A stretch of 64,000 nucleotides of DNA from an uncultured bacterium (GTDB taxonomy: Bacteria > Krumholzibacteriota > Krumholzibacteriia > Krumholzibacteriales > Krumholzibacteriaceae), in contig CAWFAD010000007.1 in the NCBI GenBank assembly GCA_963813815.1, forward strand, positions 352,001-416,000. Reading direction: 5' to 3'. How positions within the stretch are numbered: position 1 is the first letter of the stretch; every line of letters starts with the position of its first letter. Positions 10,224 to 19,670 of this stretch are shown here, in pieces. A program made the translations under genes and the position numbers. Below the pieces are notes generated by a model that did no database searches, was not told where the DNA came from, and saw only the letters and a program-made list of their open reading frames with translations.

Positions 10224-11342
10224 ATGACCGGCGATCCCGCCATTCTCTTCCTCACGAAATACGGACGCCGCGGCCCGAGCAGCAGGTACCGCGTTCTCCA
10301 GTACCTTCCGTATCTCGAATCGCACGGTTTCCGCTGCGTCGTGCAGAGCCTCAACGACGACGAGTACCTCGACGCTCTCTACGCGGGCAGACGCCCGTCG
10401 CCCCTCTACAGCGTCTCGCGCCTGTGGGAGCGCGTCCGCGCCGTGGCCTCGGCGCGGGAGTACGCGTGCGTGTTCGTCCAGAAGGAGCTCGCGCCCTACG
10501 TTCCCCACTTCCTCGAGCGGCGGCTCGCCGCCTCGCGCGTGCCGGTCGTCCACGACATCGACGACGCGATCTTTCTCAATTACGAGCGTTCCCGGAGCCC
10601 CGTCGTGCGGCGCGCGCTCGGCGGAAAGATCCCCGAGGCGCTCTCCCTCGCGACGGTCGTGCTCGCCGGAAACGAGCACCTCGCCGAGTACGCCTCGCGC
10701 TGGAACCCCCGGACGGTCCTGTTTCCGACGGTCGTCGACCCGGCGAAATACGAGGCGGCGAGGCGCACGGCGCGCGGAGGGGCGGAGCGCTGCGACACGG
10801 CGCCGGTCGTCGTGTGGATCGGCACCCCGGAAACCGCGCCCTTCATCGAGGAGTGCCGCGAGGCGATCCGCGAGGCCTCCCGGCGCTGCCGGTTCGCCTT
10901 CCGCGTCGTCGGGGCGACGAGGGTCGCGAGCCAGCAGCCGCGCGTGGAGGCGGTTCCCTGGAGCGAGGACACCGAGGCGGACGTGCTGGCGCGCTCGGAC
11001 ATCGGGATCATGCCGCTTCCGCCCAACGATTGGTCGAAGGGCAAGTGCGGCCTCAAGGTTCTTCAGTACATGGCGAGCGCGCTTCCCGTCGTCGCCTCGC
11101 CGACGGGAGGGGCGGAGCGCATCGTCGCGCACGGAGAAACCGGTTTTCTCGCGCGCACGCGCGAAGAATGGGTCGAGCATCTCGTGGCGCTCGTCGAGCG
11201 GCCCGAGCTGCGCCGGGCGATGGGGGAGCGCGGCGCCGAGCGCGTGCGGGAGTCGTGGAGCCTCGAACGATGGGCGCCGCGCATGGCGGAAGTGCTCTCG
11301 CGCTGCGTGCGGGGAGGAACGTGGGAGGATTTCGATTGGTGA
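10224..11342 (+). CDS. Glycosyltransferase family 4
   Basis: SSRYRV, DIDDAIF, DIGIMPL..GKCGLKVLQYMA..LPVVASP. Confidence 0.9.
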   Translation: MTGDPAILFLTKYGRRGPSSRYRVLQYLPYLESHGFRCVVQSLNDDEYLDALYAGRRPSPLYSVSRLWERVRAVASAREYACVFVQKELAPYVPHFLERRLAASRVPVVHDIDDAIFLNYERSRSPVVRRALGGKIPEALSLATVVLAGNEHLAEYASRWNPRTVLFPTVVDPAKYEAARRTARGGAERCDTAPVVVWIGTPETAPFIEECREAIREASRRCRFAFRVVGATRVASQQPRVEAVPWSEDTEADVLARSDIGIMPLPPNDWSKGKCGLKVLQYMASALPVVASPTGGAERIVAHGETGFLARTREEWVEHLVALVERPELRRAMGERGAERVRESWSLERWAPRMAEVLSRCVRGGTWEDFDW

Positions 11343-12496
11343 AGGTGCTGCAGCTCTGCGCGGTCGATTTTACGGCGTACCACCTGCTCCGGCCGCTCGG
11401 CCTCGGGTTGCGGGAGGCGGGATTCGAGGTCGTTTTCTGCTGCTCCCCCGGCGAGGGGCTCGATCTCCTCGCCGCGGAGGGGTTCGAGACGCGAGCGGTT
11501 CCGATCGCGAGATCCTACAACGTCGCGAGCCACGCGCGCTCGTTCGCCGCGCTGCTCGCTCTCATGCGCCGCGAGCGGTTCGAGATCGTTCACGCCCACA
11601 CGCCGGTCGCGGGGCTCATCGGCCGCGCGGCGGCCCGGGCCGCCCGCGTGCCGATCGTGGCCTACACGGCGCACGGATTCTATTTTCACGAGGGAATGAG
11701 CCCCTCCGTGCACGCGTTTTTCGTCGGGCTCGAGAAACGGGCCGCTGCCTGGAGCGACGTCGTCTTCGTGCAGAGCCGGGAGGATTGGCAGGAGGCGCTT
11801 CGCCTGCGCATCGCCCCGCCGGAGCGTCTCGTCCACATCGGGAACGGCGTCGACCCGGCGCGGTTCGGCGGCGGCCTCCACGCGGCGGCGGCCGCGCGCT
11901 TCCGCGCGGAGCGCGGGATCTCCTCGGCTCCCGTCGCCGGCTTCGTCGGGCGCATCGTCCGCGAGAAGGGGGCGGTCGAGTTCGTGCGCGCCGCCGCGAT
12001 CGTGAAGCGAGACGTGGCGGGCGCGAAGTTCGTCATGGTCGGCGAGCCGCTTCCGAGCGACCGCGACTCGTGCCTCGGCGAGATCGAGCGGCTCCGCGGC
12101 GAGCTCGGGCTCGGCGGGGACCTCGTGCTCACGGGTTACCGAAAGGACGTTCCGGCGCTCCTCGCCTCCTTCGATCTCTTCGCGCTCCCGAGCCATCGAG
12201 AGGGAATGCCGCGCGCGCTGCTCGAGGCGATGGCGTCCGGTCTTCCCGTCGTCGCGACGAACATCCGGGGCTGCCGCGAGGAGGTCGTGAACGGCGAGAC
12301 GGGGATTCTCGTCCCGCCGGGGGACCATGCGGCGCTCGCCGGGGCGATGAGCCGACTTCTCCGCTCGCGCCAGCTCATGTCGGACATGGGAGCGGCGGGG
12401 CGGGCCCGGGCGCTCGAGCATTTCGACGAGCGGAGAATCGTCGCCGCGCAGGTCGCCGCCTTGAGCAGGCTCGCCGACGCGAAACTCGAGAAATAG
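11339..12496 (+). CDS. Glycosyltransferase family 4 (PglA/CapM-like)
   Basis: GTG overlaps previous stop; HAHTPVAG, YTAHGF, VGRIVREKG, PSHREGMPRALLEAMA. Confidence 0.92.
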   Translation: MKVLQLCAVDFTAYHLLRPLGLGLREAGFEVVFCCSPGEGLDLLAAEGFETRAVPIARSYNVASHARSFAALLALMRRERFEIVHAHTPVAGLIGRAAARAARVPIVAYTAHGFYFHEGMSPSVHAFFVGLEKRAAAWSDVVFVQSREDWQEALRLRIAPPERLVHIGNGVDPARFGGGLHAAAAARFRAERGISSAPVAGFVGRIVREKGAVEFVRAAAIVKRDVAGAKFVMVGEPLPSDRDSCLGEIERLRGELGLGGDLVLTGYRKDVPALLASFDLFALPSHREGMPRALLEAMASGLPVVATNIRGCREEVVNGETGILVPPGDHAALAGAMSRLLRSRQLMSDMGAAGRARALEHFDERRIVAAQVAALSRLADAKLEK

Positions 12497-12497
12497 C

Positions 12498-12526
12498 TTG
12501 TGAGCTCGCGCCCCGTCCGGTATCAT
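12498..12526 (+). promoter_or_regulatory. Putative sigma70 promoter
   Basis: TTGTGA-17 bp-TATCAT ahead of the 12576 gene. Confidence 0.45.
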
Positions 12527-12575
12527 CACGCAATCGCTTGAGCCCATTCATCGAAGCGTCGCGAGGCCGCGCGGT

Positions 12576-15059
12576 ATGGCTGACGTCTTGTTTTTTGCAG
12601 AGGCGTTTCTGGTGTCGTACCTGCTCACGGGCGCGATCCTCCGTTTTTCGCTCCGGCGCCGCCTGCTCGACGTCCCGAATGACCGGAGCTCTCACTCGAT
12701 CCCCAAACCGCGCCTCGGCGGCGTGGCGATAACCGCAGCCTTTTACGCCGCTTGCGCGACCATGCTCATCTCCGGCGCGAGGCCCTTCTCTTCCGGCGTC
12801 GCGTTCGCGGGGGTCCTCGCGGGTGGGGCGATCATCGCGCTCGTCGGGCTCATCGACGATCTGCGGGGTCTCGACGCCCGGCTCAAGCTCCTCGCGCAGA
12901 TCATCGCCGCCTCGCTCGCCGTCGCCTCCGGCCTCGTGCTCCACGAGTTCAAGCTGCCGCTCGTGGGCACGCTCGATCTCGGCGCGTTCGGCGCCGCCGC
13001 CACCATTCTCTGGATCGTCGCCATCGTCAACTTCTACAACTTCATCGACGGCATCGACGGGCTCGCGGCCGGCATCGGCATGATCGCTTCGTCGTTCCTC
13101 TACTTTCTGGCGGGGCTCGCGGACGCCGCCGGCCTCGGATGCCTCTACGCGGCGATGGCAGGCTCCTCCTTCGGCTTTCTCCGATTCAACTTTCCACCCG
13201 CGCGCATTTTCATGGGGGATATGGGGAGCACGTTCATCGGCTACGTCTTCGCCGTGCTCGCCGTCGCGGCCGAGGGGCTCGGCGTTCCCGCCTTTCTCAC
13301 GCTGCTGCTGCTCGGGAGCGCGATCGGCGACGCCGCCCTCACGTTGGCGAGACGGGCGCTTCGGCGCGAGCGGCTGCTGTCGCCGCACCGGACGCACTAC
13401 TACCAGCGCCTCACGAGTCTCGGCCTCTCGCACAAGCAGGTCACCCTGCTCGAGTATCTCGTCACGACGCTCCTCGGCGTGAGCGCGATACTGGCGTATC
13501 ATCAGCAGTGGACTTTCATCGTCTTCCTTTCCGTCATGTGGATCGGATTCTTCCTCTGGACGCTCGCGAAGATTCGGAGCATGGAGCAGGGGAAACGCCT
13601 CTTTTGGGCGGGCCGGGCGCTCGGCATAGCGTTCGGCGACCTCGCGTTCATCGGGCTCAGCTACGTGCTGAGCTACTGGCTGCGACTCAACTTCCGCTTT
13701 CCCGAGGCGGAGACCGCCTCCATGCTCATGAGCCTTCCGATCGTGCTCGTGATCCGCACGGCCGTGTTCTTTTGGTACGGGCTCTACCGGAACGTCTGGC
13801 GCTACACCAACTTCGACGACGTCGTCCGGATCGTCAAGGCCGTCTCCGTCGGCTCCGCCGTCATGGTGGCCTCCTTCACGTTCCTCTTCCGGTTCCAGGC
13901 GTTCCCGCGCTCCGCGTTCATCATCGACTGGTTCATCCTCATCGTTTTCATGGCCGGCTCGCGGATTGCGACCCGCTGGTTTCACGAGCTGCCCGCCCGC
14001 GAGGACATAGGGGCGAAGCGCGTCATCATCGCGGGAACGGGCCCCGCGGCGGAGCTCGCGCTCGCACAGATCAAGCGCGTCGGAGGCCTCGAGCCGATCG
14101 GCTGTCTCGACGACCGGGTCGAGATGACGGGAAGGGTCGCACACGGCCTCGCCGTTCTCGGCACCCTCGCCGGGGCCGACGCCGTGGCGCGGGCGCATCG
14201 CGCCGACGAGATAGTGGCGATCGCGGCGTTTCTCGACCGAATCCCGCGAAGCGTTCGCTCGGCGCTCGAGCGCGACGGGATCCCGGTGCACGTCATCGGC
14301 GACCCCGCGGAGTACCCGGAGGCGCGCGCGCATGAGGAGCCCCCGTGCGCGCTCATGCGCGTGCTCGTCGCGGGGAACGGCCCGCTGCTCGAGCGGGCGG
14401 GGGAGATCTTCGCGGGCTCCTCGCGGATCGCGATCGCCGCCGACGATCCCCGCTCGCTCGATGGGTGCGCGCGGGTCGGCGCGGGAGCGATCCCGCGCGA
14501 GTCGTGCTTCCTCGGGGTTCTCGGCGACCGTGCCGCTCTCCGGAACGTCTTCGAGCGGAGCGAGCCGGAGATCGTATTCGCCGATCTCACGACGCGGGAG
14601 GCGCCGGTCGCGAATCCTCTCGAGGCCTCCTGCCGCGCGGTCGTCGCGCCGCTCGAACGGATAGCCGCCGAGTCGCTGAAGCGGGGCGTCCGGCTCGTCG
14701 CCGTTCTGCGGGATGCCGAGGCGGGCGCCGCGGCCGACGCCGCCGAGGCCGTGCTGCGGGACGTCTTTCGAGACGATCCTCCGCGTCTGTCGATTCTCCG
14801 GATCGATCGCGAGCCGCGCTCCGGGGAGTGGGGCTCGCTCCTCCGGACGCTCGTCGAGCGCGGCGGGGGCGTGTATCGGGCCCTCCGCGACGACGCGGCG
14901 GGCGGAGCGATCGTCGTGCAGCCGATCCCGCGGGGGAGCGCACCCGAGGTGCGCGAGCTCTATCTCGCGCTCCTGCGGAGCCTCGACGGGGGGGACGGGA
15001 CCTCGCTCGAGCGCGCGCTCGCCGAGATCGCGCGCGGCGTGGGGGAGCATGTTTCGTAA
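12576..15059 (+). CDS. Fusion: MraY/WecA-family polyprenyl-P HexNAc-1-P transferase + PglF/CapD-like region (degenerate)
   Basis: N-half: DVPNDRSSH, PRLGG, GLIDD, NFYNFIDGIDGLA, IFMGDMGS, HRTHYYQRL. C-half: GLYRNVWRY, PRS..IIDW, CoA-binding-like Rossmann fold and an eroded dehydratase. Confidence 0.85.
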   Translation: MADVLFFAEAFLVSYLLTGAILRFSLRRRLLDVPNDRSSHSIPKPRLGGVAITAAFYAACATMLISGARPFSSGVAFAGVLAGGAIIALVGLIDDLRGLDARLKLLAQIIAASLAVASGLVLHEFKLPLVGTLDLGAFGAAATILWIVAIVNFYNFIDGIDGLAAGIGMIASSFLYFLAGLADAAGLGCLYAAMAGSSFGFLRFNFPPARIFMGDMGSTFIGYVFAVLAVAAEGLGVPAFLTLLLLGSAIGDAALTLARRALRRERLLSPHRTHYYQRLTSLGLSHKQVTLLEYLVTTLLGVSAILAYHQQWTFIVFLSVMWIGFFLWTLAKIRSMEQGKRLFWAGRALGIAFGDLAFIGLSYVLSYWLRLNFRFPEAETASMLMSLPIVLVIRTAVFFWYGLYRNVWRYTNFDDVVRIVKAVSVGSAVMVASFTFLFRFQAFPRSAFIIDWFILIVFMAGSRIATRWFHELPAREDIGAKRVIIAGTGPAAELALAQIKRVGGLEPIGCLDDRVEMTGRVAHGLAVLGTLAGADAVARAHRADEIVAIAAFLDRIPRSVRSALERDGIPVHVIGDPAEYPEARAHEEPPCALMRVLVAGNGPLLERAGEIFAGSSRIAIAADDPRSLDGCARVGAGAIPRESCFLGVLGDRAALRNVFERSEPEIVFADLTTREAPVANPLEASCRAVVAPLERIAAESLKRGVRLVAVLRDAEAGAAADAAEAVLRDVFRDDPPRLSILRIDREPRSGEWGSLLRTLVERGGGVYRALRDDAAGGAIVVQPIPRGSAPEVRELYLALLRSLDGGDGTSLERALAEIARGVGEHVS

Positions 15060-16263
15060 CGACGGATCCGCCGCCCGGAGCGGGACGCCGCCCGTCCTGC
15101 AGGCAACGATCGGCGCGCTCGTGTTCTGCTCGACCTTCTCGATCGCCGGAACGCAGACGGCGCTCGGCGTGTCGCTGCTGTTCTGGATAGCCCTCGTGCT
15201 CGGAGGGCGCCTCCCGGCGCCGCGCCGAACGTTTCTCGATCTTCCCGTGCTGCTTTTCGCCGCTTCGTCGCTCGCGGCGGCGCTGTGCTCCGACGAGCGG
15301 ATCGCGAGCCTCCGGGGTCTCAAGAACCTTCTGCTCGCGAGCGTGATCTATCTCCTCGCTTACGGCGTCACGACGCGCGCGGCGGCCCGGCGACTCTTTG
15401 CGGTACTCCTCGTCTCGGGGGCCGCGAGCTCGGTTTTCGGCGTCGCGGTTTTTCTGCTCGGCAGGGGGGAGGGGGCGCTCGGAAGGAGCCCCGGCACCTT
15501 TTCGACCGCGATGACCTTCGGCGGCATCCAGCTCGCGCTGTCCTCGCTCTTCGTCGCGGTGGCCGTCGGGTCCGGGCTCGGCCGCCGCGCCCGCGTCGCG
15601 GCCGCCGCGGCGGCGTGCGTTTCGCTCGCGGCCCTCTTTTTCTCGTTCACGCGAAGCTCGTGGCTCGGAATGGTCGTTTCTCTCGCCGTCATCCTCGCGC
15701 TGCTCCGGCGCCGCTGGCTCCTGCCCTTCGCGGCGGGGCTCGTTCTCTTCGCCATGCTGCTGCCGGCGCCCTACCGCGAGCGGATCGCGAGCATCTGGGA
15801 CCCCTCCTACCGGACGAACGTGCAGCGCGTCGAGCTGCTGCGGGGGGGATGGGGGATTTTCAAGGAGCACCCCGTCGTCGGCGTCGGCACGCGCGATCTC
15901 GCCGAGCTCTACCGCGCGCACATGCCGCCGGGGGCCGTCCACGTCCACGGGCACCTGCACAACGTTTTTCTCCAGATCGCCGTGCAAACGGGCGCCGTCG
16001 GCCTCGCCGCGTTCGTCTACCTCTTCGTGTCATTCTTCGTCCTCGTCGCGGGGAATCTGAAGCTCGATCTCCCGCCGCCCGAGCGCTCCTTCGCGGCCGG
16101 CTCCGTCGGCGCGCTCGCGGGATTCCTTGTGAACGGCCTGTTCGAGTGGAACTTCGGCGACGCGGAGGTCGTGACGATGCTCTACCTCGTCGTCGGAGCG
16201 AACCTCGCGCTCGCGATCCGCCGAGGCGAGGACCCGGACGGACGAGCCGCCGCGGCTCAATAA
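15049..16263 (+). CDS. O-antigen ligase/Wzy_C family membrane protein
   Basis: SFTRSSWLG, R..L...W.IFKEHPVVGVG, HLHNVFLQ, G.VGL. Confidence 0.88.
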   Translation: MFRNDGSAARSGTPPVLQATIGALVFCSTFSIAGTQTALGVSLLFWIALVLGGRLPAPRRTFLDLPVLLFAASSLAAALCSDERIASLRGLKNLLLASVIYLLAYGVTTRAAARRLFAVLLVSGAASSVFGVAVFLLGRGEGALGRSPGTFSTAMTFGGIQLALSSLFVAVAVGSGLGRRARVAAAAAACVSLAALFFSFTRSSWLGMVVSLAVILALLRRRWLLPFAAGLVLFAMLLPAPYRERIASIWDPSYRTNVQRVELLRGGWGIFKEHPVVGVGTRDLAELYRAHMPPGAVHVHGHLHNVFLQIAVQTGAVGLAAFVYLFVSFFVLVAGNLKLDLPPPERSFAAGSVGALAGFLVNGLFEWNFGDAEVVTMLYLVVGANLALAIRRGEDPDGRAAAAQ

Positions 16264-16306
16264 TCGGTTGCGGCGCCGCGCCGGCATCCGGTACAATCCC
16301 TCTCGT

Positions 16307-17194
16307 ATGACGCTCTGGCACCTTCTCGTATCGATGCGGCCCCGGCAGTGGACGAAGAACCTCGTTCTCTTCGCGGGGATCGTCTTCTCGCGGCACCTCT
16401 TCGAGCGGGATCTGCTGCTGAGGAGCTTCTACGCCTTCTGCGTTTTCTGCGTCATATCGGGCGCGGCGTATCTCCTGAACGACGTGTTCGACCGCAAGCG
16501 CGACGCCGGACATCCCGGCAAGAAAAAGCGCCCCATCGCCTCGGGGCTCCTCTCCGCCGGCGACGCGCTGCTCATGGCCGCTATCGTGATCGTCGTCTCG
16601 CTCGCCGCCGCGGCGTTGCTCGGGCGCGAGTTCTTCGCGGTGTCGGCGATCTTTGTCGCCCTCAACCTCGCGTACTCGACCTTCCTCCGCCAGGTCGTGA
16701 TTCTCGACGTGATCGCGATCTCGTTCAATTTTCTCCTGCGCGCGTGGGGGGGCGTCGCCGTGCTGCATCCGGTCCTGCCGGATCTCGCGATCAGCCCCTG
16801 GTTGCTCATCTGCACGCTCTTTCTTTCGCTCTTTCTCGCGTTCTGCAAGCGGCGGAACGAGATCGAGCATCTCGTGCGCGCGGACGAGCACCGGCTCGCC
16901 CTGAAGGACTATTCGGTGCATCTCCTCGATCAGCTCGTCGGGCTCTCGGCCACGACGGCTCTCGTGTCGTACTCGATCTACACCGTCTGGCCGGCGACGG
17001 TCGAGAAGTTCGGCACGAGCAACCTCGTGTTCACGATTCCCTTCGTCGTTTTCGGCATCATGCGGTACCTCTACATCGTGTACAGCAGGAACGAGGGGGG
17101 CGACCCGTCGGGCATCCTCCTCACCGAGAAATCGATCATCATCGACGTGTTTCTCTGGTTCCTCGCCGTCATCTTTATTCTGTGGCGTGTCTAG
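16307..17194 (+). CDS. UbiA-family decaprenyl-phosphate phosphoribosyltransferase homologue
   Basis: MRPRQWTKN, YLLNDVFDRKRD.HP.KKKRPIASG, AFCKRRNE, RYLY...GGDP. Confidence 0.9.
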   Translation: MTLWHLLVSMRPRQWTKNLVLFAGIVFSRHLFERDLLLRSFYAFCVFCVISGAAYLLNDVFDRKRDAGHPGKKKRPIASGLLSAGDALLMAAIVIVVSLAAAALLGREFFAVSAIFVALNLAYSTFLRQVVILDVIAISFNFLLRAWGGVAVLHPVLPDLAISPWLLICTLFLSLFLAFCKRRNEIEHLVRADEHRLALKDYSVHLLDQLVGLSATTALVSYSIYTVWPATVEKFGTSNLVFTIPFVVFGIMRYLYIVYSRNEGGDPSGILLTEKSIIIDVFLWFLAVIFILWRV

Positions 17195-17212
17195 CGCTCG
17201 GAGGCGTTCATC

Positions 17213-18310
17213 GTGAGTTCGACCGTGGCGATCGTGCGGACGAGTCCGGCAACCGTTCTCGACGATATCGCGCGCGCGATGGACCTCGCCGGCGCGGACG
17301 CGCATCTCGCGGGCGAGCGGGAGCTCCTTCTCAAGCTCAACCTTTCGTGGACGAAGTATTTCCCGGCCTGCTCGAGCCAGCCCTGGCAGCTCGAGGGGGT
17401 CGTACGGTATCTCCTCGCGCACGGGTACCGGCCCGATCTCCTCATTCCGGTCGAGAACAAGACGGTCGTCACGAACCCCTGGAAAGGCGCCGAGAACAAC
17501 CTCTGGCTCCCCGTGCTCGAGCGATACGGCCTCGAGTTCAAGCCGCTCACCGAGGTGGAATGGACCGTGCACCGCTTCCGCGAGCCGCTGCTGCGGCTCC
17601 ACGAGATCTTTCCCGAAGGGATCGAAATCCCGGCGCTCTACGCGGGGCGGGACATTCTCCATCTCCCCACGGTCAAAACGCACGGCCATTCGACGACGAC
17701 GGGTGCCGTGAAGAACGCCTTCGGCGGCCTCCTCAAGGAGGTGCGCCACTACGCCCACAAATACATCCACGAGGTGCTCGTGGATCTTCTCATCATGCAG
17801 CGGGAGCTTCATCCGCGGGTCTTCGCCGTGATGGACGGAACGGTCTGCGGGGACGGCGCGGGTCCCCGGACGATGCGCCCCGTCGCCGGAAACGTGCTGC
17901 TCGCGAGCTCCGATTCCGTCGCGATCGACGCGGTCGCCGCCCGGATCATGGGATTCGATCCGCTGTCGATTCCGTATCTCCGCATGGCCTCCGAGCGCGG
18001 GCTCGGCGAGGCGCGGATCGACCGCATTTCGATCGCGGGCGAGGATCCCGGCAGCTTCGGTCTTCATTTCAAGGCGAAGCGGAGCCTCGTCATCTGGGGC
18101 GATCAGATGCTGCGGCTCGGGCCGCTGCGGTGTTTCGAGAGAATCGCCCTCCATTCGCCCCTCAAATGCTGGGCGCCGATGGCGTCGAACCTGTATCACG
18201 ACCTGCTCTGGTATCCGACCGTCGGCCGGACGAGGATACGGGCGTTCGAGAGGACCGACTGGGGAGCGCTCTGGAGGACGTACCGGCGCGGCGGGGCGGA
18301 GCGGCGCTAG
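17213..18310 (+). CDS. DUF362 domain protein
   Basis: LLKLNLSW, LPTVKTHGH.TTTGAVKNAFGG, MDGTVCGDGAGP, D.VAIDAVAARIMGFDP. Confidence 0.85.
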   Translation: MSSTVAIVRTSPATVLDDIARAMDLAGADAHLAGERELLLKLNLSWTKYFPACSSQPWQLEGVVRYLLAHGYRPDLLIPVENKTVVTNPWKGAENNLWLPVLERYGLEFKPLTEVEWTVHRFREPLLRLHEIFPEGIEIPALYAGRDILHLPTVKTHGHSTTTGAVKNAFGGLLKEVRHYAHKYIHEVLVDLLIMQRELHPRVFAVMDGTVCGDGAGPRTMRPVAGNVLLASSDSVAIDAVAARIMGFDPLSIPYLRMASERGLGEARIDRISIAGEDPGSFGLHFKAKRSLVIWGDQMLRLGPLRCFERIALHSPLKCWAPMASNLYHDLLWYPTVGRTRIRAFERTDWGALWRTYRRGGAERR

Positions 18311-18355
18311 CGGCCGGTCCGGCCCCCGGCCGGGACGCGCCGGAGGGCGCGCGGA

Positions 18356-19222
18356 ATGATCAAGGCACTCGCCGCGGCGAAGATCAACCTCTACCTCGAC
18401 GTCATCCGCCGCCGCGAAGACGGCTACCACGACGTCGAAACCTTCTACCAGCCCGTTTCGCTCTTCGACGAGCTCACCTTCGAGAGCGCTGAGCGCGGCG
18501 TCACGGTGACGGGCGACGATCCGGCGGTTCCCTGGAACGAGGAGAATCTCTGCCATCGCGCCGCCCGGCTCGTCCTCGAGCGCGCGGGCGTCCGCGGCGG
18601 CGTGCGCATCTCGTGCCGGAAGGAGATACCGACGGGGGCGGGGCTCGGGGGGGGGAGCGCCGATGCCGCGGCCACCCTCATCGCGGTCAACCGGCTGCTC
18701 GGCGCCCGGCTCGACGCCGGGGACCTGCTCGACCTCGGCTCGCGCCTCGGGAGCGACGTGCCTTTTTTCGTCCTCGGAAGGCCGGCGATCGGGCGGGGGA
18801 GGGGGGAGATTCTCGAGGCCTCTCCGGGGCTTTCGGGGGGCTGGATACTCATCGTGAAACCACATCTATCTATTTCTACTAAATGGGCTTATGAAAATCT
18901 CAATTTACTGTTGACACGGGATGAGGGCGAGGCTACACTTGGCTCGTTCTTGGCGGATTTGCGCGCATTTCCGAATGCGGCGCTCGCGGTCCGAAACAGC
19001 TTCGAGGCGGGCGCGGCCGGGCGTTTTCCGGAGATCGCGAGGGTGCTCGCGGAGCTGAGGGAGGCGCGGCCGGTTCTCTGTTCGCTCAGCGGAAGCGGGT
19101 CGGCGTGTTTCGCCGTGTTCAGGGAGGAGAGAGAGGCGCGGGAGGCCGCGGGGCGATTCGAAGGCGAAGGCCTCTTCGCGAGAATAGCGCAGCCGATAAA
19201 CGATTCCATTCGAATGGGGTAG
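18356..19222 (+). CDS. ispE: 4-(cytidine 5'-diphospho)-2-C-methyl-D-erythritol kinase
   Basis: AKINLYL, K.IP.GAGLGGGSADAA, LGSDVPFF, GRGE, SGSGS. Confidence 0.97.
   Translation: MIKALAAAKINLYLDVIRRREDGYHDVETFYQPVSLFDELTFESAERGVTVTGDDPAVPWNEENLCHRAARLVLERAGVRGGVRISCRKEIPTGAGLGGGSADAAATLIAVNRLLGARLDAGDLLDLGSRLGSDVPFFVLGRPAIGRGRGEILEASPGLSGGWILIVKPHLSISTKWAYENLNLLLTRDEGEATLGSFLADLRAFPNAALAVRNSFEAGAAGRFPEIARVLAELREARPVLCSLSGSGSACFAVFREEREAREAAGRFEGEGLFARIAQPINDSIRMG
18911..18939 (+). promoter_or_regulatory. Internal sigma70 promoter within ispE, with upstream AT-rich element
   Basis: TTGACA-17 bp-TACACT preceded by an AT-rich tract (about 18860-18910). Confidence 0.75.
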
Positions 19223-19258
19223 GATAGAGCGGTTCGGAGGCAACTCTAGGGGGACGAC

Positions 19259-19543
19259 ATGGAAATCACGGAGATTCGGATCTCTGTCAGGAACGACAAC
19301 AAGTTGAAGGCCTTCGCGAGCATCACCCTCGACAACATGCTCGTCATCAGAGGGCTCAAGATCATCGAGGGCGCAAAGGGGCTCTTCGTCGCCATGCCGA
19401 GCCGCAGGCGCCCCGACGGGACGTTCCAGGACATCGCCCATCCGATCAGCAACGAGTCGCGGGCCTGGCTTGAGGGAAAGGTCATCAAGGCGTACCTGAG
19501 CGAAAAAGATACCATCAGCACGGAGGCGGGCGTCGAAGTCTAG
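19259..19543 (+). CDS. spoVG: SpoVG family nucleic-acid-binding regulator
   Basis: MEITEIRI, KLKAFASIT.D, GLFVAMPSR, FQDIAHPI. Confidence 0.95.
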   Translation: MEITEIRISVRNDNKLKAFASITLDNMLVIRGLKIIEGAKGLFVAMPSRRRPDGTFQDIAHPISNESRAWLEGKVIKAYLSEKDTISTEAGVEV

Positions 19544-19581
19544 CGGGACGTGTAGCGCGGCGCTCCCGGGCTGCGGACGTT

Positions 19582-19655
19582 TGGGGAGTCGTCAAGCGGC
19601 AAGACACGGGACTTTGGATCCTGGATCGGAGGTTCGAATCCTCCCTCCCCAACCA
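19582..19655 (+). tRNA. tRNA-Gln (anticodon UUG)
   Basis: Acceptor TGGGGAG/CTCCCCA, D-arm GTC/GAC, anticodon arm CGGGA-CTTTGGA-TCCTG, T-arm GGAGG-TTCGAAT-CCTCC, encoded CCA. Confidence 0.97.
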
Positions 19656-19670
19656 GATGGTCGATGGCAG

